A DNA stretch of 32,000 nucleotides, taken from positions 145,802-177,801 of the forward strand of contig CAVXNP010000002.1 in assembly GCA_963763305.1 (NCBI GenBank), read 5' to 3'. The notes beneath the pieces were generated by a model. It was not told the DNA's origin. It made no database searches and saw only the letters and a list, made by a program, of their open reading frames with translations. Numbering within the stretch: position 1 is the first letter of the stretch; every line of letters starts with the position of its first letter. This document shows positions 17,594 to 27,446 of this stretch, piece after piece. The stretch is from an uncultured Gammaproteobacteria bacterium (GTDB lineage Bacteria > Pseudomonadota > Gammaproteobacteria > Xanthomonadales > Rhodanobacteraceae). A program made the position numbers and the translations under genes.

Positions 17594-18091
17594 ATGCCCC
17601 ACGGATCGAAGCTGCAACAGGTTGTCGGCCTTGCCGCCTGGCTTGGATCGAGTTTTGTCGCCGCCGCCATCGGCGCGGCGGCCTCGGTGCACGCGCGGGC
17701 GTTCTACGGCCAGCTGGTCCAGCCCGGCTGGGCGCCGCCGGGCTGGCTGTTCGGGCCGGTGTGGACGGTGCTGTATGCGCTGATGGGCACAGCGGCGTGG
17801 CTGGTCTGGCGTGCGGGTGGGTGGGGCGCGCATCGACCGGCGCTGGTGTTGTTCATACTGCAACTGACGCTCAATGCGCTGTGGAGCTGGCTGTTCTTCG
17901 GCTGGCACCTGGGCGCGGCGGCGCTGGTCGACATTGTGGCGTTGTGGCTGCTTATCGTGGCCACCACGGTGGCGTTCTGGCGCGTTCGTCCGCTCGCTGG
18001 CGGCTTGCTGCTGCCCTACCTGGGGTGGGTGACGTTCGCTACCGCGTTGAACGTCGCGGTGTGGCGACTCAATCCGGCGTTGCTGGGCTAG
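17594..18091 (+). CDS. tspO: TspO/MBR family tryptophan-rich sensory protein, 165 aa
   Basis: It is a five-TM protein with the family signatures GWAPPGWLFGPVWTVLYALMG.A.WLVW, N..WSWLFFG and LPYL.WV.FA..LN..VW.LN. Confidence 0.9.
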   Translation: MPHGSKLQQVVGLAAWLGSSFVAAAIGAAASVHARAFYGQLVQPGWAPPGWLFGPVWTVLYALMGTAAWLVWRAGGWGAHRPALVLFILQLTLNALWSWLFFGWHLGAAALVDIVALWLLIVATTVAFWRVRPLAGGLLLPYLGWVTFATALNVAVWRLNPALLG

Positions 18092-18159
18092 CCAAAGCGA
18101 GGGGGAGCCGGCGTTCGCCGCTCGACGAGCCCGGGGAATTCCCACGGCTGCGCCTGCGG

Positions 18160-19161
18160 CTATTCGCGTGGTGCGCCGGGGTCGAGCAGGTTGCCGCGCT
18201 GGTATTCGCTGTCGGCGGCGATCTGGGTGCTGATGTCGGTGGTGGCGCGGGTATCGAGCGCCTCCTCGTCGGCGGCCGGTAACGGGGCGGGCGGCGCGGG
18301 GATGGACGCCGACGGGTTCAGTTGCACCCGGTAGATCGGCTCGGGCATGTCCACGCCGGCGGCATCCAGCTCGGCCTTGATGCGCCGGATGGCCTCGCTG
18401 CGTACCTGCACGAAGTCGTGCACGCGTTGGTCGACCCAGCCGAAAAATCCCACCACCACGTTCGAGTCGCCCAGCGAGAGGATCCATGCCCGCGCCGGCG
18501 GCTCGTCCAGTACGCCAGCCATCCGCTCCAGCTCGGCCACGCCGATCCGTTGCACCCGGACCAGGTCCTCCCCGCCGCCCACGCCCACCGGGATCTCGAA
18601 TCGCCGCCGCGGGTTGCGCGTGTAGTTGAGGATCACGCTGGCGAAGACCAGCGCGTTGGGCAGGCGCACGTGGTTGCCATCGAGCGTCATCAGTACGGTG
18701 GAGCGGGCGTTGAGCGAGACCACCACGCCTTCGTGCCCGTTGATCTGGACGTGGTCGTTCGGCGCGAACGGCTGTCGCAGGCTCATCAGGATGCCCGCCA
18801 GGTAGTTTTCCAGGATCTCCTTGAAGGCGAACCCGAGCACCACGCCCATGATGCCGGCGGTACCGAGCACCGCACCCACCAGCGCCGTGGCGTTCATGAT
18901 TTCCAGCGCGACCAGCACGCCCACCAGCAGCACCGCCCAGCGCACGGTGGTACCGACCAGCTCGCGCAGGAACGGGTTGGCATGGGCGCTCGCGTCGAAC
19001 AAGCGGCGGCGACCGATCCAGCCGCCCAGCCACCATGCCAGCAGGATCGCCAGCATCGACAGCGCCAGCAACGGCAGCGCACCCAGCAAGCGGTAGCCCT
19101 GGTCGAGCAGGCGTTGTCCTACGGCGTCCAGGTTGAAGGCAGTGGTGGGGGCGACCAGCAT
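18160..19161 (-). CDS. Mechanosensitive ion channel family protein (MscS-like), 333 aa
   Basis: It has three N-terminal TM helices and then the MscS beta-domain pattern (FAPNDHVQINGHEGVVVSLNARSTVLMTLDGNHVRLPNALVFASVILNYT). Confidence 0.85.
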   Translation of the reverse strand: MLVAPTTAFNLDAVGQRLLDQGYRLLGALPLLALSMLAILLAWWLGGWIGRRRLFDASAHANPFLRELVGTTVRWAVLLVGVLVALEIMNATALVGAVLGTAGIMGVVLGFAFKEILENYLAGILMSLRQPFAPNDHVQINGHEGVVVSLNARSTVLMTLDGNHVRLPNALVFASVILNYTRNPRRRFEIPVGVGGGEDLVRVQRIGVAELERMAGVLDEPPARAWILSLGDSNVVVGFFGWVDQRVHDFVQVRSEAIRRIKAELDAAGVDMPEPIYRVQLNPSASIPAPPAPLPAADEEALDTRATTDISTQIAADSEYQRGNLLDPGAPRE

Positions 19162-19340
19162 CGGGCGATTATGACCGGTTGCGGGTGAGCGCGGTTTGAC
19201 TCAGCCAGTTGGACCAAAAGCAAATACAGGTCGCCGGGCAGCCTCATGCCAGGCCCGGCGGCTTGCCCTGGGCACGAACACGGGCGGCACGCGAGACGTC
19301 TGCCTGCTGCGGGCATGTGCTTGCCGACGCATGAGGCATC

Positions 19341-20255
19341 ATGAGTGCGATCTGGCTCCACGCAGCCGGGACTACGGGAGCGATGCAGATGCATCCACAG
19401 GCAAGGCGATGGTGGCGATGGGCGCTTCTTGCGCTGGTGGTCGTTCTCGCCAGCACGGTCGTCACGGTCTGGCGGTCGGCCATCCGCGCCAACCGCCAGG
19501 TCGAGTTCACGCCGTTTCGCATTGCCGGCAATCTCTACTATGTGGGCACGCCGGATGTCACCGCGTTCCTGCTGACCGGGCCGCAGGGGCATGTGCTCAT
19601 CGACGGCGGCTACCCGGAATCGGCGCCCATGATCATGGCGAGCATTGCCCGGCTCGGCTTCCGGATCGGCGACGTCAAGGTATTGCTGAACACGCACGCG
19701 CACGAGGATCACGCCGGGGGGCTGGCCCGGCTGCAACAGGCCTCGGGCGCGCAGTTGTGGATCAGCCGCGCCGATGCCGATGTCATTGCCGCCGGTGGGG
19801 TGGGGGACCGTACCCTGGGGCCGTTTCGCTTCCTGGCGACGATCGGCCTGACCGACTATCCGGCGCCCCGGATCGATCACCGCTTCGGCGACGGCGCCAA
19901 GGTGCGGGTCGGGCCGATCGAGCTGACCGCGCACATCACACCCGGCCACACGCCCGGGTGTACCTCCTGGTCCTTCCCGGTGCGGGACGGAGACCGCCGG
20001 CTGCTGGCGGTGGATGTGTGCAGCCTGACCGTGCTGCCGTTCGACTATCCGGGGCGGCGCGCCGGTTTCGAGCAGAGTTTTCGCACCCTTCGAAGCCTGC
20101 CCGCCGACCTCTTCCTGGGCTCGCACGCAAGTTTCTTCGACATGAAGCGAAAGCTGGCCGAGCGTGCCACCGCGCCGGACCCGGTGGCTCCATTCCTGGA
20201 CCGGGCCGGCTACCTGCACTACATCGACAGGGCCGAGGCCCGGTTTCGCAGGTAG
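19341..20255 (+). CDS. Subclass B3 metallo-beta-lactamase family protein
   Basis: The zinc-ligand motifs are in the B3 arrangement: NTHAHEDHAGG (H-x-H-x-D-H) and ITPGHTPGCTSW, with a downstream GSH. The flanking sequence (FRIAGNLYYVGT.DV..FLL.....HVLIDGG) is typical of L1/FEZ-like enzymes. The N-terminus looks like a signal or anchor. The start may instead be ATG 19383 or 19389, since GGGAG lies at 19375. Confidence 0.85.
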   Translation: MSAIWLHAAGTTGAMQMHPQARRWWRWALLALVVVLASTVVTVWRSAIRANRQVEFTPFRIAGNLYYVGTPDVTAFLLTGPQGHVLIDGGYPESAPMIMASIARLGFRIGDVKVLLNTHAHEDHAGGLARLQQASGAQLWISRADADVIAAGGVGDRTLGPFRFLATIGLTDYPAPRIDHRFGDGAKVRVGPIELTAHITPGHTPGCTSWSFPVRDGDRRLLAVDVCSLTVLPFDYPGRRAGFEQSFRTLRSLPADLFLGSHASFFDMKRKLAERATAPDPVAPFLDRAGYLHYIDRAEARFRR

Positions 20256-20341
20256 CTACGGAGCGGCGGCGTCGGGCCGGCAGGGCAGCGGTCCTGCGTC
20301 GACCCGGATGCCCCTGGTGGCGAGGCGCGGCCGCGGCGTGA

Positions 20342-20728
20342 TCAGCCCGCCATCATCGCGAGCATGTGATCGATCGCCTGGTTGTGCTCGTGCTGCGGGC
20401 TGAAGAGGATCACCTGCGCATCCTCGCCGACCCTGACCGAGTGGCCCGGAGGCCAGTAGAACAGGTCGCCGCCGGCCGTTTCCTCGCTGGTGCCATCGCT
20501 GAAGCTCACCGTGAGTCGGCCCTGCAGCACGTAGCCCCAGTGCGGGGCCTGGCACAGATCATCTTCCAGGCCCCGCAGGAGCGGGGCGATATCGGTACCG
20601 GCATCGAGGCAAAAGTACTCGCCGCTGATGGTGCCGTAGCCGGTGGCATCGCCGAAACCGGCTTTCTGGCGGGCCACCGCGCCCGCGGCCTCCATCCTGA
20701 CGGGAATGTCCTGTTTGGCTATGTGCAT
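20342..20728 (-). CDS. Cupin domain protein, 128 aa
   Basis: This is the C-terminal part of ORF 20342..21064. The ATG at 20728 is preceded by AGGAG. It shows a cupin-like beta-barrel pattern (HWGYVLQGRLTVSFSDG...AGDLFYWPPGHSVRV). Confidence 0.75.
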   Translation of the reverse strand: MHIAKQDIPVRMEAAGAVARQKAGFGDATGYGTISGEYFCLDAGTDIAPLLRGLEDDLCQAPHWGYVLQGRLTVSFSDGTSEETAGGDLFYWPPGHSVRVGEDAQVILFSPQHEHNQAIDHMLAMMAG

Positions 20729-20775
20729 GGCTGTTCGCTCCTGGCCGATGGATGGGGCGGCGAAAGGGCGGCCGC

Positions 20776-21000
20776 TCAGGCCGCCTCGCCCGCTGCCATG
20801 GCATGGACATCGGAGGCCTTGAGCGGATTGCCGCCGATGGCCCAGTTGCCGCCTTCGAACTCGTTGATGCGCACCCACGTGACGCTGCGCAGGCTCTCGC
20901 CCTCGACCTCGATCATGGCGCGGGTGACCTTGCCGATGATGTCCTGCTTCTGTTTGGGGGTGAAGACGTCCTTGATGACGTCGATGGTGACCAGTGGCAT
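20776..21000 (-). CDS. 4-oxalocrotonate tautomerase family enzyme, 74 aa
   Basis: The N-terminus, [32 protein letters not shown], has the catalytic Pro right after Met and the beta-alpha-beta tautomerase pattern. It lies 47 bp upstream of the cupin gene, so the two are probably an operon. Confidence 0.85.
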   Translation of the reverse strand: MPLVTIDVIKDVFTPKQKQDIIGKVTRAMIEVEGESLRSVTWVRINEFEGGNWAIGGNPLKASDVHAMAAGEAA

Positions 21001-21138
21001 GGTGCTTCTCCTGTGGGGGACGTCGGCGCCGGACGGTTCCTGCGCCGTGCAAGCAGTTCAACACCGGCGCGGCGCGGCTGCTTGAACTTTCCCTGGAGAA
21101 AGACGGGAGCTTTGCGGGAGATCGCCTCGCGGTGATCT

Positions 21139-22707
21139 ATGCTCGGCCCCATGATCTACCGATTCGGTTCGTTCGAGCTGGATATGGCGAAGCTGGAGCT
21201 GCGCGCCGACGGTGAACTGCGCCCGGTGGAGCCCCAGGTGTTCGCGCTGCTGGGTCTGCTGGTGGGCAGCCGCGAACGCGTGGTCAGCAAGGACGAGATC
21301 ATCGAGAAGGTCTGGGACGGCCGCATCGTCTCGGACGGCGCCATCGCCAGCCGGATCAAGTCGGCCCGCCAGGCGTTGGGCGACGACGGTACGCGCCAGT
21401 GTTTCATCAAGACGCTGCATCGCCAGGGCTTCCGCTTCGTGGCCGAAGCCCGGGCGGTAGGCGCCGGCACCGTGCCGGCGGTCGGGTCCGACGGCGCCGA
21501 GCCCACGCCTGCCCCGGCGGGCGCGCGGCCATCAATCGCGGTACTGCCATTCAGACTGCTCGGCGCCGGCGGCCCCTACGCGGCCATCGCCGACGCGCTG
21601 CCGCACGAGCTGATCGCCGAGCTTGCACGCTTGCGCTGGCTGTTCGTGACCGCCCGCAATTCGTCGTTCCGGTTGCGCGGAGCGGAGGCCGACCCTGGCG
21701 AGATCGGCCGTCTGCTGGGCGTGCACTACTACCTTTCCGGGGTGGTGGAGATCGCCGGCGCACGGTTGGTGGTGACGGTGGAACTGATCGACACGCGCGA
21801 CGGCGGCACGGTCTGGGCCGAACGCTTTGCCGGCGCGCTGGACGATGTGCACCAGTTGCGCGAGGACATCCGCTCGCGGATCCTGTCCGCGCTGGAGATC
21901 CGCATCCCGCTGCACGAGGCGGCCCAGGCGCGGCTATCGGTTCCGGGGAGCCTGGATGCGTGGTCGGCCTATCACCTGGGCCTGCAGCACATGTACCGGT
22001 TCAACCGCGCCGACAACGCGCAGGCCGCTGCACTGTTCCAGCAGTCCGTGGCGCAGGATCCGGGCTTTGCCCGAGCCCACGCGGGCCTTTCGTTCGTGCA
22101 TTTCCAGACCGCGTTCATGCATCACACGGACGACCGGGCCGGGGAGGTCGCGCTGTCACGACGCTTCGCGTTGCGCGCCCTGGAACTGGACCCGCTCGAC
22201 CCGTTCGTCAATTTCGCGATGGGCCGCAGCTTCTGGCTGGATGGTGACCTGCAGAGCAGCCTGACCTGGCTGGAGCGGGCCACCTCGATCAGCCCGAACT
22301 ACGCCCAGGGCATCTACGCGCGCGCCTGGACCGAGACACTGGCCGGGCGCAGTCCCGAAGGGCGCCGGCACGTCGATCTGGCCATGCGGCTCAGTCCGCT
22401 CGACCCGCTCTATTACGGCATGCTCGGAACCCGGGCCTTCACCCACATGGTGCTTGGCGAGGATGCCGAGGCGGCCGAGTGGGCCGAACGCGCGGCACGC
22501 TCGCCCGGTGCGCATGTGCTGATCGCGATGATCGCGGCGGCCGCTCACGCGCTGGCGGGTGATGCGGGTCGCGCGGCCGGCTGGGCGGACCAGGTGCGCG
22601 TACGCAACCCGGCGCTGACCATCGAGGATTTCTTCCGCGCCTTTCCGATGCAGTCCGAGTCGCTGCGGGCCCGCCTGTCGACGGCGCTGGCTCGCTGCGG
22701 GTTCTGA
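21139..22707 (+). CDS. Winged-helix (OmpR/CadC-type DNA-binding domain) transcriptional regulator with a C-terminal TPR region, 522 aa
   Basis: The N-terminus, YRFGSFELDMAKLELRADGELRPVEPQVFALLGLLV..RERVVSKDEIIEKVWDGRIVSDGAIASRIKSARQAL......IKTLHRQGFRFV, is a trans_reg_C domain. The C-terminal half has TPR-like repeats. The start is ATG 21139 or 21151. Confidence 0.8.
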   Translation: MLGPMIYRFGSFELDMAKLELRADGELRPVEPQVFALLGLLVGSRERVVSKDEIIEKVWDGRIVSDGAIASRIKSARQALGDDGTRQCFIKTLHRQGFRFVAEARAVGAGTVPAVGSDGAEPTPAPAGARPSIAVLPFRLLGAGGPYAAIADALPHELIAELARLRWLFVTARNSSFRLRGAEADPGEIGRLLGVHYYLSGVVEIAGARLVVTVELIDTRDGGTVWAERFAGALDDVHQLREDIRSRILSALEIRIPLHEAAQARLSVPGSLDAWSAYHLGLQHMYRFNRADNAQAAALFQQSVAQDPGFARAHAGLSFVHFQTAFMHHTDDRAGEVALSRRFALRALELDPLDPFVNFAMGRSFWLDGDLQSSLTWLERATSISPNYAQGIYARAWTETLAGRSPEGRRHVDLAMRLSPLDPLYYGMLGTRAFTHMVLGEDAEAAEWAERAARSPGAHVLIAMIAAAAHALAGDAGRAAGWADQVRVRNPALTIEDFFRAFPMQSESLRARLSTALARCGF

Positions 22708-22867
22708 TCCGGTCCCGCTCCGGGCGAGCGACTTGTCCACGGCATGGCGCAACGGCGTGGATCGCCGGCCGCACCACGAGGATCAGCGCAGACCCAGCCA
22801 CCAGTCATGGACTGCGGGAGGGATTTTCGGCGTACGATGCCGCCATCCTGGCTACCGCTACCCCAAC

Positions 22868-23608
22868 ATGTCCCCGCCTCGATTTGTCACCCGACGGCCG
22901 ATCGCAGCCGCGGCCTCCTGCGCTGCTGCCCAGTTCCTGCTCACGATCGGGATCTTGCTAGCTGGCCGGGCCTGGGCATCCCCGGAAACGTTCGGCCACA
23001 TCAAGCTGATCGCCTTCGCTTCCACCGTGGTCTTCCCGTTGCTGCTGGTGCAGGCATTCGGGCTGTGGCGACAGGTCGGCTTCGACCTGGAAAAGGTGCG
23101 TCCGGCGCCGGTCTTCCTGGTCAGCCTCCTGTCCGCTGCGCTGTTCCTGGCCATGGGGGTCCGCCCGCAGGAGCACGGCAGCTTTGGCGCGGAGCTGATA
23201 ATGCAGTTCGTCAACGCCTTCGGTGAGGAGCTGTTGTTTCGCGGGGTGATTTTTGCGCTGCTGCTGACCCTTCCGCTCTGGCAGGGGATCGCGCTCTCCG
23301 GCGTGCTGTTCGGCAGCATGCACCTGATCCACGGCGTGATGGACGGGAACTGGAGCGCGGCGCTGTGGCAGGCGGCGGTGACCTCGATGGCCGGCATGAT
23401 GTTTGCCGCCGTCCGCTATCGCACCGGCAGCTTGTGGCTTGCGATCTTGCTGCACATGACCCTGAACCTGTGCATGATCTACTCCAATGTGGAGGCTGGC
23501 GCAGGTCCCGCGGCGCTGCTGGTGGTGGAGCGGCTGGCCAACGTGTTCGAGCTGGCCCTGGCCGCCTACGTGATCATGGCCGGAAGACGACAGGCCGTGC
23601 CGGTCTGA
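22868..23608 (+). CDS. CPBP family intramembrane glutamic endopeptidase (CAAX protease-like), 246 aa
   Basis: It is a polytopic membrane protein with the CPBP motifs FGEELLFRG and FGSMHLIHG, plus a later H in LLHMTLN. I chose ATG 22868 as the start, but the ORF opens at 22733. Confidence 0.8.
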   Translation: MSPPRFVTRRPIAAAASCAAAQFLLTIGILLAGRAWASPETFGHIKLIAFASTVVFPLLLVQAFGLWRQVGFDLEKVRPAPVFLVSLLSAALFLAMGVRPQEHGSFGAELIMQFVNAFGEELLFRGVIFALLLTLPLWQGIALSGVLFGSMHLIHGVMDGNWSAALWQAAVTSMAGMMFAAVRYRTGSLWLAILLHMTLNLCMIYSNVEAGAGPAALLVVERLANVFELALAAYVIMAGRRQAVPV

Positions 23609-23881
23609 CGGATGACCTGTCGCCGGTGACGAGGCAGCCCGAAGCGGCTGGCAACGCGCCGGAGGGCAGCCGGCTGCTGATGGCGAACCACGGCTTTTTC
23701 GTGGGGAACCGGATCCGTCAGTGATGCCGCTGGCGTGCGCCGACATTGGGCGGACTGCGCGCTTCGAAGCCGACCGGGCATGCTTCACGCTCCGCGACGG
23801 TGCCATCACTCATCCTCTTGAGGGGTGGCCTGCGGACTTCAGCGGGTGCCGACACGGACATGGAGGGATTGCTTGGACCCG

Positions 23882-24394
23882 ATGCTGTTCACCAGTTGGC
23901 AGAGCCTCGCACGTACGCTTCTGATCGGGCTGTTGGCCTACGTGGCGCTGATCGCCCTGCTGCGCGCGTCCGGAAGCCGCACCTTGTCCAAGATGAACGC
24001 GTTCGACCTGATCGTGACCGTGGCGCTCGGCTCCACACTGGCGTCGGCGCTGTTGTCGAAGAACATTGCCCTGGCCGATGCAGTGCTGGCCTTCGCGTTG
24101 CTGATCGGCCTGCAGTTCGCGATCACCTGGTCAAGCGTACGGATACGCTGGGTCAGGCGCGTGGTGACGGGCGAGCCGCGCCTGCTGATGCATCGCGGCG
24201 AGTGGCTGGACGGTGCGCTGCGGCGGGCGCGCGTGACGCGCCAGGAAGTGCTGGCTGCCCTGCGCCAGGCCGGTCTGGCCTCGGTCGAGGAGGCCGAGGC
24301 GGTGGTCCTGGAGACGGACGGTTCCTTCAGCGTCGTGCGGCGGGGCGGTGGAACGGCCGGACCTTCCAGCCTGCGGGACATTCCCGGGATCTGA
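23882..24394 (+). CDS. DUF421 (YetF-like) domain membrane protein, 170 aa
   Basis: It has N-terminal TM helices and the pattern ...RTLSKMNAFDLIVTVALGS.LA...., then V.GEP.LL...G......L...RVT..EVLAALRQ.GLASVEEAEAVVLE.DGSFSV. This matches my memory of the YetF family. Confidence 0.75.
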   Translation: MLFTSWQSLARTLLIGLLAYVALIALLRASGSRTLSKMNAFDLIVTVALGSTLASALLSKNIALADAVLAFALLIGLQFAITWSSVRIRWVRRVVTGEPRLLMHRGEWLDGALRRARVTRQEVLAALRQAGLASVEEAEAVVLETDGSFSVVRRGGGTAGPSSLRDIPGI

Positions 24395-24644
24395 ATCCAT
24401 GCACCCTGGTGCATGCCACCGGCTGCAGAGCAGGCCCATGATGGTTTCGCACCGGTCGCGGCATGGCTGCCCGGGCCCGCCGCAGCCATGCCGCTGCACC
24501 AGGTCGTGAGCGGCTATGGCACCATCCGGTGCGACCGCCCGGCTGTGTGGCCGGTCGTCACGCGCAGCGCCGGGCAGGCGACGCAGCAAACCATCCACGA
24601 CTCAGGCGGCGTTGTGCCGCCTGCCTTTTCGAGTGCGCCGCAGC

Positions 24645-25658
24645 ATGACATTCCGCTTGCCATCCTCCCTGGTCACCGGCTCGCTCGGCGTGCCCCACCT
24701 GAAGCGGATGTGGTCGTCGGCACTGGCTGCCCGGGCCGGGTCGGGCAGTTCCAGGGCCAATGAGGCGCGGCTGGACCGCCAGGTGCTCAATGCCCTCGGG
24801 CTTGGTCTTCATCAGACGCTGCAGTACCTGATGGTGGAGGCACCGACGTTCGAGGCATTCGAGACATGGGTGGTGGCCACCGCCGGCAGACCGGAGCGTT
24901 CGTGCGTCGAGCGGCTGCATGCGGCGGTGGCCGGTGATGCGCCACCGGCGCCGGTGCGCACATGGCTGGATGCCGTCGAGGCGGGCCGGCCTGTTCTTTC
25001 CAGGGCCGAACTGGCGTGCTGGGAGGAAAATGGCTACGTCGTGCTGAAAAACGCCATTGGCGAGGATCAGCGGCGGGACGCGCAGCAGGCGATCCTTGCG
25101 TTCCTGGGGGCTCGGCTGGAGGACCCGGCCTCGTGGTATCGCGGCGACGCGCGTCACGGCATCATGGTCGAGCTGATCCAGCACCCGGCCCTGCAAGCGG
25201 TCCGGCGCTCCGAGCGCATCCACAAGGCCTTCGCGCAATTGTGGGGCACGGCCGACCTGTGGGTGAGCGCGGACCGCTGCGGGTTCCATCCGCCCCAGCG
25301 CGAGGGCTATCCGTTCCCCGGACCGGACCTGCACTGGGACATCGATCTGCGCGAACCGCTCGAGTTCGGCACCCAGGGCATCCTGTATCTGGGCGACACG
25401 CCGCCGGAGCAGGGAGCGCTGACCGTCGTCCCGGGTTTCCACCGACGGTTACCCGATTGGCTGGCGCAGCTCGAACCCGGCGCCGACCCGCAGCGGCAGG
25501 ACCTGCACCGGCTGGGCTCGTTGCCGATTGGCGGCGCGGCAGGTGACCTGGTGATCTGGCACCACGCACTGCCGCACGGGAGTCGGCCGAATCTGGGCGA
25601 ACGACCACGGATCGTCCAGTACATCAACATGGACGTCAGCAGGGCGGCGGTCGAATAG
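24645..25658 (+). CDS. Phytanoyl-CoA dioxygenase (PhyH) family Fe(II)/2-oxoglutarate oxygenase with an N-terminal extension of about 110 aa, 337 aa
   Basis: The PhyH-like core starts with W.ENGYVVLKNAI. It has an H-x-D triad element (LHWDID), a distal His (WHHALPHGSRPN) and a downstream Arg. The start ATG 24645 is in frame within ORF 24516..25658. Confidence 0.8.
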   Translation: MTFRLPSSLVTGSLGVPHLKRMWSSALAARAGSGSSRANEARLDRQVLNALGLGLHQTLQYLMVEAPTFEAFETWVVATAGRPERSCVERLHAAVAGDAPPAPVRTWLDAVEAGRPVLSRAELACWEENGYVVLKNAIGEDQRRDAQQAILAFLGARLEDPASWYRGDARHGIMVELIQHPALQAVRRSERIHKAFAQLWGTADLWVSADRCGFHPPQREGYPFPGPDLHWDIDLREPLEFGTQGILYLGDTPPEQGALTVVPGFHRRLPDWLAQLEPGADPQRQDLHRLGSLPIGGAAGDLVIWHHALPHGSRPNLGERPRIVQYINMDVSRAAVE

Positions 25659-25820
25659 AGGCAAGGAGGGCCATCCAGCCTTCCGCAGACGGATGCGGCG
25701 ACCACCATCGCATCGGCGGACCCAGGCAACGCGTGTCACCGGCAAGCCATGCGCCGAACACCGCAGCCCCGGTACGGCGGTACTATCTCGCCAGGGACTA
25801 GCCTCGGGAGAGGGCTCCGG

Positions 25821-27446
25821 ATGAAACGCTGGCAACGGATGGTGCTGGTCACGGGGGTGGCTGCGCTGGGTGTCGTCGAGGTGATGTGGGTCAGGCAGCA
25901 CGCTGCCGAGGGGTTGCATCAGGCCCATGCGGAGATCGCGAACACGCCTGGGAAGGTCGTCGCGGCATTGCCGCCCGCACGGCATTTTGCGCGAGAGCAG
26001 GTGCAGAGCTTCCTGACTGCGGCCAAGCATGCCGAGGCCGTGAGGGACCCGCTGGGAAGGTGCCTGGCGTACCCCGATCCGCCACAGAGCCACTGGTCGC
26101 GCGATGCAGTCCAGGCCTACTGTCGCTACTACAACCAGCCCCTGCTTACGTTTGCCCAGGCCAGGGCGCTCATCGAACAGGGTCAGGCGGCTGTGCTGGA
26201 CCAGCGCCTGGCCGACGCCTTGCAAGCGCAGCGATCCCTTGCAATGGCGAGGGGGCGGCTGGACCGCATCTATTTCACTGCTTTCGAGGACGGCTCTTTC
26301 GAGGTGCGCCCCACGCTGGACGCGTGGAAGCGGCAGTCGCCACGCAGTGCGTTCGCATGGGCGGCCAGTGGTGCCGCCTATGTCGCGATGGCAGCGCGTG
26401 CGCGCGGCACCGACTACATTTCCAATACCTCGCCGAACCAGTTGCGAGCGATGGACAATCTGCTCGACGAGGCTGTCGCCGACCTGCACCAGGCGATCGC
26501 ACTCGAGCCCGGACTCACACCCGCCCACAAGGCGTTGATTCGCGCCATGAGCATGCATGGCAGCGCGGCCGAGGTGGACGCGGCGATTACCCAGGCGATC
26601 GCCGCGGTACCGGACGACTATTCGGTGCAGACCGAAGCCATGCTCGCGCGCCAGCCCAAGTGGGGCGGGTCGCTGCGTGCCATGGACACGCTGGCCGGGC
26701 AGGCGCAGGCGCATGTTGCCAACAACCCCATGCTCAGGCTGCTGCAGGTCCAGCGTCCGTACTACCAGGTGCGCGAGTCATCGCTGCAGCCAAAGCCCGA
26801 GCTGGCCCGATACCCGCAGGTACTGGACCGGGCCGCGAGCGTTCCGAACCTGACCTGGGCCGGTCAGCTTGCCAGCAGGCTGCGCGACCAGACGGCGGCG
26901 GCCGTCTGGCAGTCCGAGTTGTTGCGGTTTGCGCCGGACCAATCCGAGGCCAGGGTCGATCGCGCCTACGCATTGATGGATTACGACGAGCTGGACTGGG
27001 CGATCAGCGATCTCGGCCGGGTCCTGTCGCGTTCGCCTGGCAACGCGTTCGCGCTGGAGGCGCGCGCGTACGCCTACGATCTCAACGGACAACCCGAGGC
27101 GGCCGAGACCGATCTGCTGACACTGCTGGCGCGCGATCCAGGCAATCTTCGCTTGCGAACGAAACTGGGCGTGCTCTACATGGACAGCTCGCAGTGGGGC
27201 AAGAGCTGGGCACTGGCCGATGCCATGATCGAGGATGAGCCAGCCTCCCCGGCCGGCTGGCTGCTGCGAGCCAGCATCCAGCAACGGCAGCCGCGCGCTG
27301 GCCTGCCTCAGACGGCCGACCAGATCGAGGCGCGCTTCGGACACATGCCAGGCATCACCCCGCTGCTGCTGCGGATGCGGGCGGACGTCGCGCTGCGCAA
27401 GCACACCGGTATCGACGGGCCGGCGGCGTCCAAGCGCGGCCCATGA
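25821..27446 (+). CDS. DUF4034-like / TPR repeat protein with an N-terminal membrane anchor, 541 aa
   Basis: It starts at ATG 25821, preceded by GGGAGAGGG. It has an N-terminal TM or signal anchor (MVLVTGVAALGVVEVMW). A central segment (LDAWKRQSPRSAFAWAASGAAYVAMAARARG...) resembles DUF4034. The C-terminus has TPR-like repeats (AFALEARAYAYDLNGQPEAAETDLLTLLARDPGN). Confidence 0.65.
   Translation: MKRWQRMVLVTGVAALGVVEVMWVRQHAAEGLHQAHAEIANTPGKVVAALPPARHFAREQVQSFLTAAKHAEAVRDPLGRCLAYPDPPQSHWSRDAVQAYCRYYNQPLLTFAQARALIEQGQAAVLDQRLADALQAQRSLAMARGRLDRIYFTAFEDGSFEVRPTLDAWKRQSPRSAFAWAASGAAYVAMAARARGTDYISNTSPNQLRAMDNLLDEAVADLHQAIALEPGLTPAHKALIRAMSMHGSAAEVDAAITQAIAAVPDDYSVQTEAMLARQPKWGGSLRAMDTLAGQAQAHVANNPMLRLLQVQRPYYQVRESSLQPKPELARYPQVLDRAASVPNLTWAGQLASRLRDQTAAAVWQSELLRFAPDQSEARVDRAYALMDYDELDWAISDLGRVLSRSPGNAFALEARAYAYDLNGQPEAAETDLLTLLARDPGNLRLRTKLGVLYMDSSQWGKSWALADAMIEDEPASPAGWLLRASIQQRQPRAGLPQTADQIEARFGHMPGITPLLLRMRADVALRKHTGIDGPAASKRGP

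Noticed and set aside
17315-19036. The cytochrome c peroxidase ORF extends upstream to give a 920-aa ORF (16274..19036).
   Set aside because: Only the last 346 codons have a signal peptide, haem motifs and an RBS. The extension is Arg/Pro/Gly-rich. It runs antisense through tspO and out of frame through the MscS-like gene.
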